Source: the human T2T-CHM13v2.0 reference genome, Homo sapiens
Direction: 5' to 3'
Assembly (NCBI GenBank): GCA_009914755.4
Contig: CP068257.2
Span: 43,168,001 to 43,232,000 of the forward strand
Length of the DNA stretch: 64,000 nt
In this document: one piece after another, positions 37,821 to 52,225 of the stretch
Layout: each line of letters opens with the position of its first letter
Position numbering within the stretch: the first letter of the stretch is position 1
The notes under the pieces: generated by a model
The model's input: only the letters and a program-made list of their open reading frames with translations
Told to the model about the DNA's origin: nothing
Database searches by the model: none
Translations under genes and position numbers: made by a program

Positions 37821-38126
37821 TCTTTCTTTTTTTTTTTTTTGAGACAGAGTCTCACTCTGTTGCCCAGGCTGGAATGCAGTGGCGTGATCTCAGCTCACTG
37901 CAACCTCTCCACCTCCCCGGTTCAAGCGCTTCTCGTGTCTCAGCCTCCCGAGTAGCTGGGAATACAGGTGCAAGCCACCACGCCCGGCTGATTTTTGCAT
38001 TTTTAGTAGAGACGGGGTTTCGCCATGTTGGCCAGGCTGGTCTCGAACTCTTGACCTCAGGTGATCCACCCACCTCGGCCTCTCAAAGCGCTGGGATTAC
38101 AGACGTGAGCCACCGCACCCAGCCTA
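37821..38126 (-). mobile_element. Alu (antisense, full length)
   Basis: It reads T(14)GAGACAGAGTCTCACTCTGTTGCCCAGGCTGGAATGCAGTGGCGTGATCTCAGCTCACTGCAACC...GGGATTACAGACGTGAGCCACCGCACCCAGCC. Confidence 0.9.
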
Positions 38127-40675
38127 TTTTCTTAATTACTATATTTTGCCAGGATCGATATTATCTTTAAAGCAAAATTAGGAATGCCTTTGTTCTCCAG
38201 ATATGGGCTATCTGGACACTCCCAAGTCTGAGTCTGTGTAGTAAACATTACTAACCTGTTCCCTTAACCGTAAACATCCAGAGGCCAGGAATGCCAGACT
38301 TTCTGAGAATGCAGCCCACCAAGTCCCAGACCCTACTCAAGATGGAGTCACTCTGGTTCGAACGCTTCTGACAGATGTGTCCAATGCATGGATGAAATTC
38401 TGCCAAGATGTTCTGCATCTTGTGCAACCCCTCCAACCCCTTTCCTCCCGAGTGTGCATTTCATCCCCATTCTGTCTGGCTTCTGTGGACGCAGGAGGGC
38501 TGTTCCCGCCTGCTCAGGAGGGAGGCGGGGAGGAGTGGACGGGGGAGAGGGGCCCCCCACGCCTCTCTGGGCTCAGGGTCCCATCTGGTCCTCACAGGGC
38601 TGGGGCTTCCCATCTGAGGTCCCCGGCAGTGCATCCAACAAGCCAAAGTGGAAACAACCGCCAGGCGCCACCCAGGCCCTGGGTGAGGGCGGGACCACGG
38701 ACCCCAGGACTCCTCCCCGCAGAGACTCCGCAGGGTCCTCCTGCTCTTTCCACACCCAGCACCCGCAAACGGAGCGGGGGCGGGGCCGGGCTTCCAAAAG
38801 TCCCTGTGGCCAGGAAGGAAGGGCGTGTCCTGGGCCGGAGCGCCGGGGCTGGGCCCCTGGGATTCTCTGCGTCCAGCAGCACAGCAGGGTCCTCCACAGC
38901 CGTGCCCCGTGCTCTGGCCCTGGCAGCCTGGAGGCGGCGGCGGTGATCACCGGTCTGTTCTGGAGAGAGGGCAGCTACTCCATGGCGCCCTCTTGGAGAA
39001 AATTTCATGAACCAGACACCTCCGGCCAGGCCAGCCCTTCCTCATGCAGGTCCCTGAAGCCTCATCAGCAAAGCCCACTCTCAGAAAAATTCTTTTCATT
39101 GTTTACTAAGTGCCACTACATGGAAGCTGAGAGAAATAGGATTTGTGGAAGAGAGTACTGCAGAATACTGCTATTGGCTGTATTTTACGATTATCTCTAG
39201 TTAGAAATTGTTTCTTGGTATTCAAGGTTTAAAAGAACAAAAAATCTGCAGCCTGATGGTGGGTTAAGTAACATTCTGTAGCTTTGGAGAGTGGAAAACC
39301 ATCAGACCAAGTAAGTACTGGCTGAGCTGGCAGCTCTGACGTTCCTCTGTGACACGGGCTTTTATTCTGCGCACGTGTCGGGATCTGCCTGTACTGAGAG
39401 GTTCCGCGCGGCTTCGTTAAAACGGCTTTGAGGAGGAAGTGGAGATCCTGTTAGACAGGAGTCATCTCCATGCACAGACGGCCCCAGAGGTGCCCCCACC
39501 CGCGTGGGAAGCGACTGCCTAGGTCCCAGGGGGTGACCAGCTCTTGTCAGTGGAATGAGTTGAGGGGAGAGTCACTTCCAACTGGGGGCTTCTCCCCATC
39601 TGCTGGAGGGATGGACTCCAAGAGCCCTGGGGAGGCAGAGCCACAGATGAGGGCTTGGAGTCTGGCTCTGGGGTGTGAGCCACTGTGCATGTGGGAGTCA
39701 TCCACATGAGGACCTGAGGGTGACAGACGTGCTGCCAAAGTCCATGTGGCTCACGGGCTGCTTCCATCCTTCCGGACGTGGCTGGCTCTGATTCAAAGGC
39801 TGTTTTGTGGGGCCTGTTCCCCAGCGAATGCATGGGACCACAGACCAAGGGGGGCAGCAGGCAGTCCACTCGGGGACCTGGGCCACCCGTCAGGCTCAAG
39901 CAGACACCTTTGTGTCACAATGACCTGACCACCCCCGTCAGGCTCAAGCAGACACCTTTGTGTCACAATGAGGGCTCCCCCTGAAGAGGTGGCTGCCCCA
40001 AGTCACTCTGGGCTCACGGTGGATGCATGGTGGACAGCGGCCGCACGGTGGCCTTTGTGATGGACTCTGGGGCAGACAGGCTTCTCTGTAACATGGGCCT
40101 TGCAGAGCTAGTCCAGAATGCTGGGGGTGCACTGGGTACCTGCTGGGACCGCCCGTCAAGTGAGCACCGAGAACTGAACTGCCACGGCCACCGCCTGACT
40201 GCGGCCTGCACGCAGCACCATTCGGCAGAGGGGGGACTGCAGGCGTGCTGCCAGGCTGGGGGTCAGGGGAGCCCCAGGACCACCTGCAGCAGGACAAGAG
40301 CGTGTCTCACCACCCTCCTGCTGCCTTCTCAGAAGCTGTGTCTGCCCCCGGCCCGAAGCCAGTGACAGGATGGAGTCAACATCCCGCCCACTCTTCTGGC
40401 CTCCCCACTTCACACCCAGGCCCAGTCCTTGCCTTCAGCCGCTGTGGTCCCCATGTTCTCGCCTCTGCCCAGGCCAGCCCCAGTCTGTCTGTCCTCGAGT
40501 GTGCTGAACACACTGGACACCCCACTCCCCTCCATCTGTCCTGCCAGGGATTAGATCCCCACAGTCAGGCATCTTCTTTGGAGGGAAATTTGGCAGATTC
40601 TAGTCAACGTTTCAAGTACACATCACACACCCTTTGATCCAGAATTCTACTTCTAGAAGCTGACCTCACAGCTGA

Positions 40676-41610
<935 letters not shown>

Positions 41611-42429
41611 AGAAAATTTGCAACTTCTTAAACGATTCTAAGCCTAATGTTTCTGACAAGGATGAGCCTCTCAAACGAGATACTGGGCACTAAGACCACA
41701 CCACAGCAGTGCGTCTGGGGGCAGCACCATGGCAGTGTGTCTGGGGGCAGGAGTCGCAACCTCACGTCTCCCCGTTCCAGATGCAAGTCTGCAGTTGCCA
41801 CACATTCCTGAATGAGCCGGAAGCGGGTCGAGCACAGGGGGTTTCCGCCGCAGACGGGCTGGTGCTCGTAGCCACAAACGCTGGGCCCTGCGGGGCAGGT
41901 CCACGGGACAGACAGACATACCAATACTCTGCTGCTCGGACTCAACCCTGTGTCCCAGAGGACTGAAGTGGCAGGAGCAACACAGAAGGGGGCCGGGGTG
42001 GGGGGGCACTCCCTAAAAACCTGGCACGGAGACACCCAGGGAAGGACGCGAGGGGAGCAGGGAGCGCGGGAGCCTCATGCAGGTGTGCGTTTCACACGGG
42101 GGGGCCAAGGTCGCCCTTCCCGAGGCAGCCCTGCCTTCTCCCCCGGCCCTCGGCACCCAGCGCGAGTGGAGGGCATGCGGTGCGCAGGGCAGCTGTGGAG
42201 GGCAGAGACAGCCAAGACCTCCCCTGCGAGGCAGGCCCGTGGGCACAGTTTTAGGACACAGCCTGGTCCGTTCTGACAGCCACAGGCATTTAGTCTGGAG
42301 ACTGCCCAGGCATCCCACGATGGGTCAGAGGCCCACTTTACCCCAAAAAAGCCTACCTGCCTCCCAGCATTCCAAGCGGTCATGTCGACACCACTGAGAT
42401 GGAACACAGGAACACGCGGCATACTAAAC

Positions 42430-44417
42430 ACACGCAGGTAGTAAACCGTTTTATTGGAAACTGGTTAAAAATTAAGGCACTCCAAGCTTTATGGTTTCCT
42501 TGAGGTTACAGTTTTGTGGCTGCTCTTAGTGTATTTCAGAAAAAAGCAGATGGACGAAGACCGACCTTACAGACGTGGGTTTCTACACTGAGCGCAAGGG
42601 CTGACTACGCTGTATTTCACAACCGAGCCCTCGCGCCAGCTCAGCACCCTACGCTCAGGAAGCGGATTTTGCACGCACACTACTGCATTCATACAGAGTT
42701 CACTGAAGTCTATTACCAAGTGTCTTTTATGAATAAACAATACAAAGTCCAATTTTGATGGCTGCTATAAAATACTTAGGAATCTCTGCAATACTTTACT
42801 ACAAATACAAATGCCCAAGAGGTCAGGGAAATCAGCCTGAAGAACTGGGTACAGGTTCTATTCTTTGTGGAAATTTCAGCCTAGGAATGTTATTCCCGGT
42901 ACAGATGTACACAGTCAAAAAGGCTTATCGAGCTGTTTGACGAGTTCTTGAAGTGTTCTGGATCAGTGATCTGCCTGTGAACTTTAGTTCACGCTGAAGA
43001 CAGTCTTCTCAGTTTTCATGACTGTGAAGTGTGAAAATGGAACGCATCCTTGATCTTAGGTGCTGCTGACCTACTTTCCCAAAGCAAAATGTTTTAAAAT
43101 TCAAGGCAATCTGGAACGGGGACTATTTCCAAACTTCCTTAGGCAGCACTTTTCAGTGACTTCCCCGCACGCTGCTTTCCCTGCCACGAAGCGCTTGGTC
43201 TGCTTACTAAAGCCACGTATCCTGATTTTACAGAAACGTGGGCAGGTCCAGCAGTGCCACTGGAGAGCTCCCAGAGAAGCCCACTCAGAAGGAAGTGCTC
43301 AGACCACCCTCGAGCCAGAGCGGCTGGAAGCTGGACTGGTCCCATGAGGCAGAAGGAGCACCAGCGCCTGCTGGGTGGTGTGGGGAGAGCCCTCAGCTGA
43401 CTCTGGACACACCTGCTTCCGGGGCACGTGGCCCAGAGCCGGGCCTGTGGACGGGCCTTTCTTTCTTCTTGGGGTGGACCCCGTCCCCACGATCCCTAAA
43501 TGGCCACCCCCCAGACAGCCCAACAGGCAGCGAGAGGCCTGCAGGCACTGAGGATGCCAACAGGGCTGGAGAGAGCTGCAGCGTCCTGCCCCGTCCTCCC
43601 CACACCGCTGGCACACGAGCAGTCAACTGGTGCTGCTGAGGCAGGCCAAACACCACATTTATAATTCAAGCTTCCAAGGGAAAAAGATTCTCATGTTCTA
43701 GTAAAGATACAAATTTTAAAAATTGTCCAAAAAGGGCCTGAATTTTTATATGAAGGTTTTCTGGTGAAATCTTTTAAGCAGGGAGGAAAATCCAATAAAT
43801 TTTTTTAAAAAGGTTTAGCTATTCCCCAATGCTATTTAATACAATTGAGGTTAGGACGTTAAGTCCTTATCAGACTGTGTACTGGAGCCCCGTGTCATCA
43901 GCAAAAGCCGTGTGAGTCAACAGGTGTGAAGACTCAAGATGCGCACACAGACGCTGTCCGTGGTTTTATGGGGAATGATGAGGGCTGGTCAGTTCTCCTC
44001 ATGACAAAAGTCAAACCGACTTCCCTGTGTTGCGTGTGAAGCTTGTTAGTGGACAGAGAGAAACGCAGGGTTCTGCCCTGGGAGAATGACAGCCACAGCG
44101 CTGGGTGCCGTCAGGCGGCTTCGTGTGCAGTTAGCGTTTCACAAACTGAGAAGAGTATAAAAAAGCCCAAACCCCAAAGATTTCTTATTTCAAGTGACTA
44201 AATCTAGAAACAGAGATGAACAGGGAATAGAAGGTCACCAGTCTGCAAGACGAGAGGACTGTCCTTCAGGGGCAGCTCTCCGGCCGCCTGTCCTGGAAGG
44301 CTGGCAGGTTCACTGGCCAAGGTCAGGAGACCGCAATGGCCACGTGGTCTCCCGGCTGGGCTGGGCTGCGGAGTGTGCACCCCACAGGAAGCGTCGGGAC
44401 TGATGTGCTGGAGCGCT
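42430..44417 (-). other. PTTG1IP: PTTG1IP 3'UTR (~2 kb), with an approximate 3' end
   Basis: It is contiguous with the terminal coding exon and has no splice signal. It ends near the AATAAA at 42450-42455 and a GU-rich downstream element. Confidence 0.55.
42450..42455 (-). terminator. PTTG1IP: Polyadenylation signal AATAAA (plus strand 'tttatt') with a GU-rich downstream element (tgcgtgtgttt)
   Basis: The minus strand reads ...ccAATAAAacggtttactacctgcgtgtgtttag. This is a canonical hexamer with a GU-rich element ~25 nt downstream. Its distance from the stop fits a ~2.7 kb mRNA. Confidence 0.5.
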
Positions 44418-44464
44418 TTAGTTGTTTTCAAATCTAGCATACGGGTTTTCTTCTTTAAACAGGC
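44418..44464 (-). CDS. PTTG1IP: PTTG1IP last coding exon segment (gG-LFKEENPYARFENN-stop)
   Basis: The reverse complement reads GC CTG TTT AAA GAA GAA AAC CCG TAT GCT AGA TTT GAA AAC AAC TAA. The acceptor is tttgtttcag, with AG at 44465-44466. This is an exact match to the PTTG1IP/PBF C-terminus. Confidence 0.9.
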
Positions 44465-45020
44465 CTGAAACAAAATAAACTTGAATCATAACTTCATTCA
44501 TTCAACCAGAAACAAAATCTTAGAAAGCCATACAAACCAAGCTTTATAAGAAGATTTACTGAGGCTATAGCAACAACGGGCGTTGTAAGCAGGCTCTCAT
44601 ACAGTGCTTAACCTTTTTTGAAGTCAAACCACTTTAAACTTTAAAACTGAAATAAAATTTACTAGAAACAAGAACTCTAACAGATCCTAAGAGATAAGCA
44701 CTTACTTCCTGATGCTCGGCGAAGAAAAGAAATTTAAGGCAAGTATTTCTTTCCACAGTGGTTGGCTAGTTCCACAGTGGATGGCTACTATTAAACAAAA
44801 TAACCTTACTTTGTGCTTATAGCTGCTCTTAAACCTTTGGAATTAAGGCTACAGAAAGAACTAAGATGACCATCAATCTAACTCTCGAGTACTCTGACAA
44901 AACTGGGATAAAATGTGTATTTAATCATAAGAGTAAACCTGTGCTACTTACCCAAAGACCAGGAGTTTTCCCTTCACACTGCAGAAACACACACACATAC
45001 ACACACTCTCTCTCCCTTTA

Positions 45021-45317
<297 letters not shown>

Positions 45318-46061
45318 TCTCTCTCCCTTTAACAATCTGTATTGTACACTAAAATTATCTGCAGCGATTACAACAAAGCTACTCACTGCATGTATTCTGG
45401 GGGCTGGGTGGAAGAGGCGGCGGGGAAGCAGAGGGATGGTAAGGAAGGGCCTAGCCATGTTTCTTTCTTGCCTGTCAAGGAGGGCCACAGGCATCAGGCT
45501 TTGGGAGTGAGGCTCAAAGTCGGTTTTGGGAAAGAGTCATCAGATACTAGCAAGGAGGCTGGTTAAGTTCTTATTGAAAAACTCGCTCCTGAGTCTACTT
45601 CCAGTTTAGAGGGAAAACCAAAACCAAAAGAAGGGTTTTTGCGTGCGTGCTGGTATTTTATATAACTGCACCAGGTGGACTCACATGCTTTCTCGCACTC
45701 TCCCATCAGGAATTCCTAGGAATTCTTCTAACTAGCCGAGGCTTTCCAAAGCACAGGCCATTCAATGGCTTTATTACAAACTGGCACAAAAAGCTCATTT
45801 CATCAATGCAATTAAAGGGCCAAATTAACCACCAAAATGGCAAGTGCAAGTCAATCAGGGCCCTGACACAGAAGACACCACTCCAAGAGCCTGGCCGGCC
45901 ACCCACAGCCTCACACCCGCTGGGAGTCAGGGCACAGTAAAGGTCGAGCAACTTAAACACAGCTTGTGCTTGGTGATAACAGGTGCTGGGCAGTGTGTGC
46001 GTGTGTGCGCGTGTGCGTGTGTGTGTATCCACCTTGTCTTTTATTTACATTAACATTAGTC

Positions 46062-46370
<309 letters not shown>

Positions 46371-47269
46371 GGTGCCAAAAAGCTCTTGACTCTTCCATTT
46401 CAAGGAAAGCACAATGCCTCCAGCCAAGGCCTGCAGAGATGCTGCTGGGCCCACGCTCCACGTACACAGGCATGCACTCGCTGAGGAGGGCAACCCTGGT
46501 GCTGCTCCTTATGACAGTCACACGCAGGTACCCGGTCACCACCCACTCCAGACACACACCGGGAAACACAGGCGACAGAGAGGGTGGGGCAAGGACAAGG
46601 CAGCAGTGAAGAGAACCCAGAGAGTCAGCGCCCAAGCACACGGCACTCAGGAGACTGATGGGCGGGAACACATAGGAAAAAGCCTCTATCAGCCACTGGG
46701 CATCTCGAGGCCAGCAGCCAAGGCAGCCTCACGCCCCCAAGCCGACACTTCGAGACCGGCAGGACTCACGTGGCCTCAGGTCACAGCACAGTCACATGGA
46801 GGTGACTTTCCAAGGAGGCCAGAACTGACAGGGAGGGGACGTCCCGGCCAGTGGGCAGAGCCACCCAGCGTTTACAGTCCAGGGCACCAGCAGCATGGGG
46901 CCTCTGCAGCCCCCATGAGAGGGAACCCAACGCCAATCACCTGCACCTGACGGAGGCGCCGCTCACAGTGGCTGCTGGGCTTTGCCGTCCACCCCCCACC
47001 CGATGACCGAGAACCGCAGCGACGTCCTCATGCCCCCAGTGGGTGGGACCCTAAAATACCACAAATATATGATATTCCCTAAAACAAACAGAAGACTCAA
47101 AACACGTGCATTAGTCAGAAAAGGCTCTGAAATTTTCCAATTAGGTTTAGCCTTTAATATACTGCTTCAAGGAAAGCACCGTGGGCGCAGGACGACAGAT
47201 TCCTGAGGCCCACGGCTGCCATGAACCCAGGACCACGCACCTCGCACAGGCGAGGAGTCAGTTCCCACC

Positions 47270-47356
47270 ATGTCCATGACGCCACACAACCACAAACCCA
47301 GCGCGGGAGACGCCCATGACACCACACAACCACAAACCCAGCGCGGGAGACACTAG
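47270..47356. repeat. ~44-bp direct duplication (CCATGACRCCACACAACCACAAACCCAGCGCGGGAGAC)
   Basis: There are two adjacent near-identical copies, in PTTG1IP intron 5. Confidence 0.85.
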
Positions 47357-48046
47357 ACTCTTTGCGGACTTTAAAATCATACAGAATCAACGAAGCACGG
47401 CTGGGTGGTGGTGTTCAGTGTTAAGCAGTGAACATCACGTGGTTTGGGGGAGTATAGATAACGTAATGTGTATTTCCAATTCACTCCAACTAAATAAAAG
47501 GTTTACACTTGGCAAATACATTCATTCTGGCTCCTTCAAAGCTCCTCTCCAAAATCTCTCCAGACACAACCAAACAAGAACAGAACGCCGAGGCTGGGCG
47601 AGAAGGAGCAGGGCCGGTGCTGGGGAGTGCTTGGAAGGAGCGCCTGCCACACTCAGAAGATGGCAACGAGCAACGCTCCCGAGGATGAGAGGGCCGCCCT
47701 GAAACTCACAGCACCTCGGCTACGCAGGCGTGCCCACAGGAAGCCAAACACGACGGCAGAACAGCTGCAGACTTCCAGCCCAGAAGTCTTGGGACTCGAT
47801 AAGCAAACAGCTATCTGAGAAAACAGACTTCATGAAGACGACTGGCTGAGATAAAGATATTCTTAGGAGTGAGTTCACCACAGAACCGCTGGGGACAACC
47901 GCCAGCTGCTCCTCTCTGGAGAGACGTCCTTCTGTTCCGATGGGTGAACCCACAGCCCCATCTCAGGCCACACTGGCACTAACGAGGACCGAGACAGCGT
48001 GCCATCGCCTCCCAACCAGACAAAAAGGAGGCGTGACCAGTCCTTA

Positions 48047-48093
48047 CCATATTTTTTTCTGATTTCATCATGTCTTGTCTTCATCTCTGCTCT
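48047..48093 (-). CDS. PTTG1IP: PTTG1IP coding exon 5 (cgG-RAEMKTRHDEIRKKY-Gg), 47 nt
   Basis: The reverse complement reads G AGA GCA GAG ATG AAG ACA AGA CAT GAT GAA ATC AGA AAA AAA TAT G. The acceptor is ttttag and the donor is gtaagg. Phase is consistent with the flanking exons (1/1). It overlaps ORF 47875..48084(-). Confidence 0.9.
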
Positions 48094-49030
48094 CCTAAAA
48101 CACAGAGGAACATTATGAGCACCAAACGACAGCGCACGGTGGTGTAACTGCTAGACACGCCCTTCCGTGTCCCTCAGTGGGGGCGCCAGGTTTCTTCTGG
48201 TGGCTTCCCTCCAGTTCCCAGAGTGAAACCAGGGTGAGGACAAGCTTGGTCATCAGGCCACATACCCACCAGGACAGGCAAGGTGACAACGAACCCAGTC
48301 TTCAAAGGCCGTTCCAATGTATTACTCTACTCTTTTCAATAAAAGCAATTCAAATGCCCAATACCGTGATTTTTAAAAAGCTTTTTTCATACAAAGAAAA
48401 CACAGTAAAAATCATACACCAGGTTCTGAAGATGGTGAGGAAAATGCGATTGTCAGCTTTTACTTAGTAGCATGTGACTTCAAGGTGACTACATGGAAAA
48501 TCTGTCCCGCTTCCACCCTCGCCCGCCGCCAACCTGACAGTTGGCCCCTCAGGTCCTCTCCTTTGCCAGGTGTGGATTACACCACCTCCTCCTGGGGTTG
48601 CCCCAGAGCCCCAGCAAGCACTCAGGAGAGTGCTGTGTCACCAGGGAAAGGGCGACAGGAGAGCTGACCCAGCCACAGTCAGACGCTGTCCCCTCTGAGC
48701 CTCAGCTTGCTCTTGGCAAATGCTGGGCCTGGACGAGCCGCCTTAGCAGCCGTCACACACCCGTGTCACCGCGCACAGACTCAGCCTTACTGCACCGATG
48801 GGAGGACACCGGGCGAGGAAGCCTATAGAAGCAAGGTTCGCAGCCACTGCTAGGTTCCCATCACAGTCTCTCGCTCTCTACCACGACCTAGAAGATCCCC
48901 TGGGCACTATACACATTCTTAATTTCTAAAAACTGAGGAAAACTCAGGATGTATCCATGTGATTTCCATGGCCTTGCAGATCTGAATCCCCTCGAAGTAA
49001 CCTTCCCAGCGGGCATCACCACCACCTCAC

Positions 49031-49202
49031 CGTTCCTCCTGCCGTATCCGCCTCTCCTCCCGCTCACGCATGGCCTTCTCCTCACTCCTGTCCGGCTTCC
49101 GGCTCCTCTTCCTCCTGCAGCAGCAGCAGCAGCAGATGGCAATGCCCAGGAGGAGGGTTCCCCCGACTACCGACATGGTGATGATCAGCGCCTCAAAGTT
49201 CA
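49031..49202 (-). CDS. PTTG1IP: PTTG1IP coding exon 4 (transmembrane segment + Cys6 + basic tail: NFEALIITMSVVGGTLLLGIAICCCCCCRRKRSRKPDRSEEKAMREREERRIRQEE), 172 nt
   Basis: It matches ORF 49027..49218(-). The acceptor is tctccag|TGAACTTTGAG, where the G carried from exon 3 completes Val. The donor is GAACG|gtgagg. Read through, the donor gives the in-frame TGA that ends the track ORF. Confidence 0.9.
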
Positions 49203-50030
49203 CTGGAGATTCAAGCACCTGGAGTTAGGGCCGCCCCAGACACAGAACCCACCCAGCACAGCAGCTTTCCCTCGCCCCTGGGGAACAACCTCAGGACACA
49301 GGAGCATAAGGAGGAAAGCCGCCTCGGCCAGGCTGCTGGCTCCTGGCGTGTGGAGAGCCTGTGGCCCTGCCTCCACCCCACAGGGTCCCGCCCTCTCCAA
49401 GTCTCCTTTCAGCCACACGTTCCTATCTGTGACTTAGAATTTATTAACAATTTATAATATTAACCATAATGAACTGAAGTGACAGGGTAGTCTGTCTCAG
49501 CTGAGTTTGAAAAGGTATTTCAAGCCTGAGAAAAGTTAACTAACCAAAATTCCAAGCTACATACTCAGACTCTCGTAAGACATTCTAAACTCACAGAAAT
49601 GGAGGTTAAGCCTGATGCAGCTTTCTTTTTTTTTATTTAAACCAAAGTCAAGAATATTACAATGATTTACAAGAGAAATAGACTCTCAGGGCACATACTG
49701 GCGGCCAGGTTCGAAAAGAATGACCGTGGAGGAGCGGACGAGACCACGGAACAAGACGAGATCATCTTCAAATCTGAGTGTTTTGAGGACCTTGGGGCTG
49801 AAGAACGGCTGGCTAATCGGTCCCAAACCCTGTTATGATTTCCTTAACCAGCCTTCAGACACACGTGCACATTTAAAACAGATCTTACTATCCTTTTAAA
49901 CTTCTTTTGAAGATCTATACATTGAAATCAGCCAAGATTTTTCCATTCAGTTCAAACCAGAGGCAATTAAAAAATACCCTAAAACTACTTTTGCAAATGT
50001 GTTTTCAATCATGCAGTTCAAACAGCCTCC

Positions 50031-50345
50031 TTGGCTGGACACAGTGGCTCACACCTATAATCCCAGCACTTTGGGAGGCCAAATCGGGAGGATTGCTTGA
50101 GCCCAGGAGTTCAACACCCGCCCAGCCAACAAAGTGAGACCCAGCCCTGCCCATCTCTACAAAACTGTTTAACAAATTAACTGGGTGTGGTGCATGCACC
50201 TCTGGTCCCAGCGACATGGGAGGCTGAGGTGGGAGGATCGCTTGAGCTCGGGAGGTTGAGGCTGCAGTGAGCCGTGCCTGCACTATTGCACTCCAGCCCG
50301 GGCAACACGGCAAGACACCATCTTGAAACAAACAAAAAACACCCA
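50031..50345 (+). mobile_element. Alu, old/diverged (AluJ-like), in PTTG1IP intron 3
   Basis: It reads GGCTGGACACAGTGGCTCACACCTATAATCCCAGCACTTTGGGAGGCCAAATCGGGAGGATTGCTTGAGCCCAGGAGTTCAACACC... and is highly diverged. Confidence 0.8.
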
Positions 50346-52225
50346 GCCAGCCTCCTGAAGATGGCTTTATAAGCAAACTCCCCTGGGCAGTAGATTACCG
50401 CATGATTCACTGTTTTTAACTACAGTTAATAGCTGTGCCACCACCACAGGTGACACCGTCTCACCTCCAGGGGCTGGGAGTTGAACACTTGCTGCATGCC
50501 TGGGCCCTGGCAAGGAGGCCGACGGCCAGGCCTCTGGGGCTCCCGCAGCCTCACCCCTCTGCTGCCCCGGACGCCGAGATCCGCATTTCTTAGTTTATTA
50601 AAATAGTTTGAAAATCAGGAATAGGAGGTTACATCTGATCAAATGCCTTTTGAGCTTTTAATCCTGTGTTTTTTCCTCCTCTGACCTGTTCTGGAAGCAT
50701 AGAATTGCAAAAATTATAGTAAGAGGGAGAACTACAGAGGGGACCTTCATTGGCAGAAGATGTCATTTTCTGACTGGAGAACTCCAATGAGATCAACAAG
50801 ATGGCTGGCCTTAAAACATATCTACCCCTCAGATAGCTTTTCTGATTAGCAGCTAAAACTAGTTAAAAACAAACAGAAATCCTGTCACAACGGGAAACAA
50901 ACTCTGGGCTCCTTTTGCTGATTCCATAGGGTAAAACCCATGAACTTGAACTTGAACCAAAGGATGTGGGAGAGGCCTGAAAGAGAGGCATCTTTGCCTC
51001 TGGACAAACGGCCAACGCTGTAGACATTTCATTTTCCTTCAAGTAAGCATGTTTATCAGGCCATTACAATTAAAGCTCCAAAATAATTTTGGCTAGAACT
51101 GGATAAAATGGTTCTAAGGTTACCTGTAAGAATAAACAAGGACCTGTGGTGCAAGACCTAAAACGGGTATCATGTGCGCCGCGGCATCTGGTGAAATCAG
51201 GAGGGCCCTGAGGGCCCGGCCACAACTGCTCCTCCCCACTCTGCTCCCGTGGGCAAGGCTGGACAAGGTCCCAGCTCAGACAGCCTCTTCCTCCTCCCGG
51301 CAGGGCCAGGCACACTTTCTGTTTCTCCCGGAGGAGCAGGTGTCAGTTCCCTCTCAGCCTCAGAATTAACCAAACAAGCCCATCGCACCCCACCCTCCTG
51401 TCACGAAATGGCTGCCTCCCCGAGCCCTGTTCCCCTGCGGGACCCTGCGTGGCGTGTGGTGCCCCCTCCCCACTGTGACTGTGACTAGTCACCTGCTGCC
51501 GCTCTCATGTGCAGGGCTGGGTGTTGTGTGTCCATCCACTTCTGCAGCCTAGCGTGGGGATGTCATTTCACAAGAGAATTGTCAAAAACACCCACCACTT
51601 GTAAAGGTGCTCAGCACGATCGGCTAGTCACTGCAGAAATGCAGGTGAGAAGCACAAGACACCACTACACACCCACTAGATGGACTGAACTTAGGGTGAC
51701 TGGTTACCCTAAACATTGGGAAGGATGTGGAGCAACCAAGTCCCACATTGCCTGAGGGAGGCCAAACTGGTACAGCCACTCCAAAAACATTTGGCAGACG
51801 TACTAAGGCTAAACACAAATATGCTCCGTGACACAGCAACTCCACCCCTACACTCCTCCAGACGTGAGCGCCTGTGCCGGCACCAACACAACACCGCTCA
51901 CAGCAGCACCAGAAGGACCCAGGCGTCCCTGAGTGGCAGCATGGCTGAACAGCTGTAGAACACTGCACGAGAAAGATAACTGGTGCAGGCAATTGACACG
52001 AATCTCGGGCACATGCTGAATAAAACATCCAATAAAGCACAGGATTTCCTCCACATAAAGGCGGGAACCAGTAACATTAATCTGTGGTGACGGGAAGTCC
52101 AGTCAGTGGCTCCCATGGGGGTCCTGACAGGAATTGGGCCTTCTGAAAGTCCTGGAAGTCCTACCTACTTTGCTGTGAGTGGTGATAACCTGTATACGTA
52201 TGCAAAAATGCACTGAATATATGTA

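Noticed and set aside
38388-39200. A 270-aa plus-strand ORF and overlapping 125-189-aa ORFs
   Set aside because: They are GC-rich, low-complexity (P/G/S/R/A) and start at non-ATG codons, since the ORF track translates GTG/TTG/CTG as M (e.g. ORF 54209 starts at GTG). They have no recognisable fold signature. Most likely this is a non-coding GC-rich block.
41628-42035. A 135-aa minus-strand ORF just beyond the PTTG1IP poly(A) site
   Set aside because: It has no Kozak ATG (alternative start) and no similarity to any protein family I recognise. Its Cys/Pro-rich composition is typical of random GC-rich frames. It is probably non-coding.
44204-44473. ORF of 89 aa overlapping the PTTG1IP terminal exon
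   Set aside because: It is in the wrong reading frame relative to the exon-5/exon-6 splice phase. The authentic frame gives LFKEENPYARFENN-stop (15 codons) and the rest is 3'UTR.
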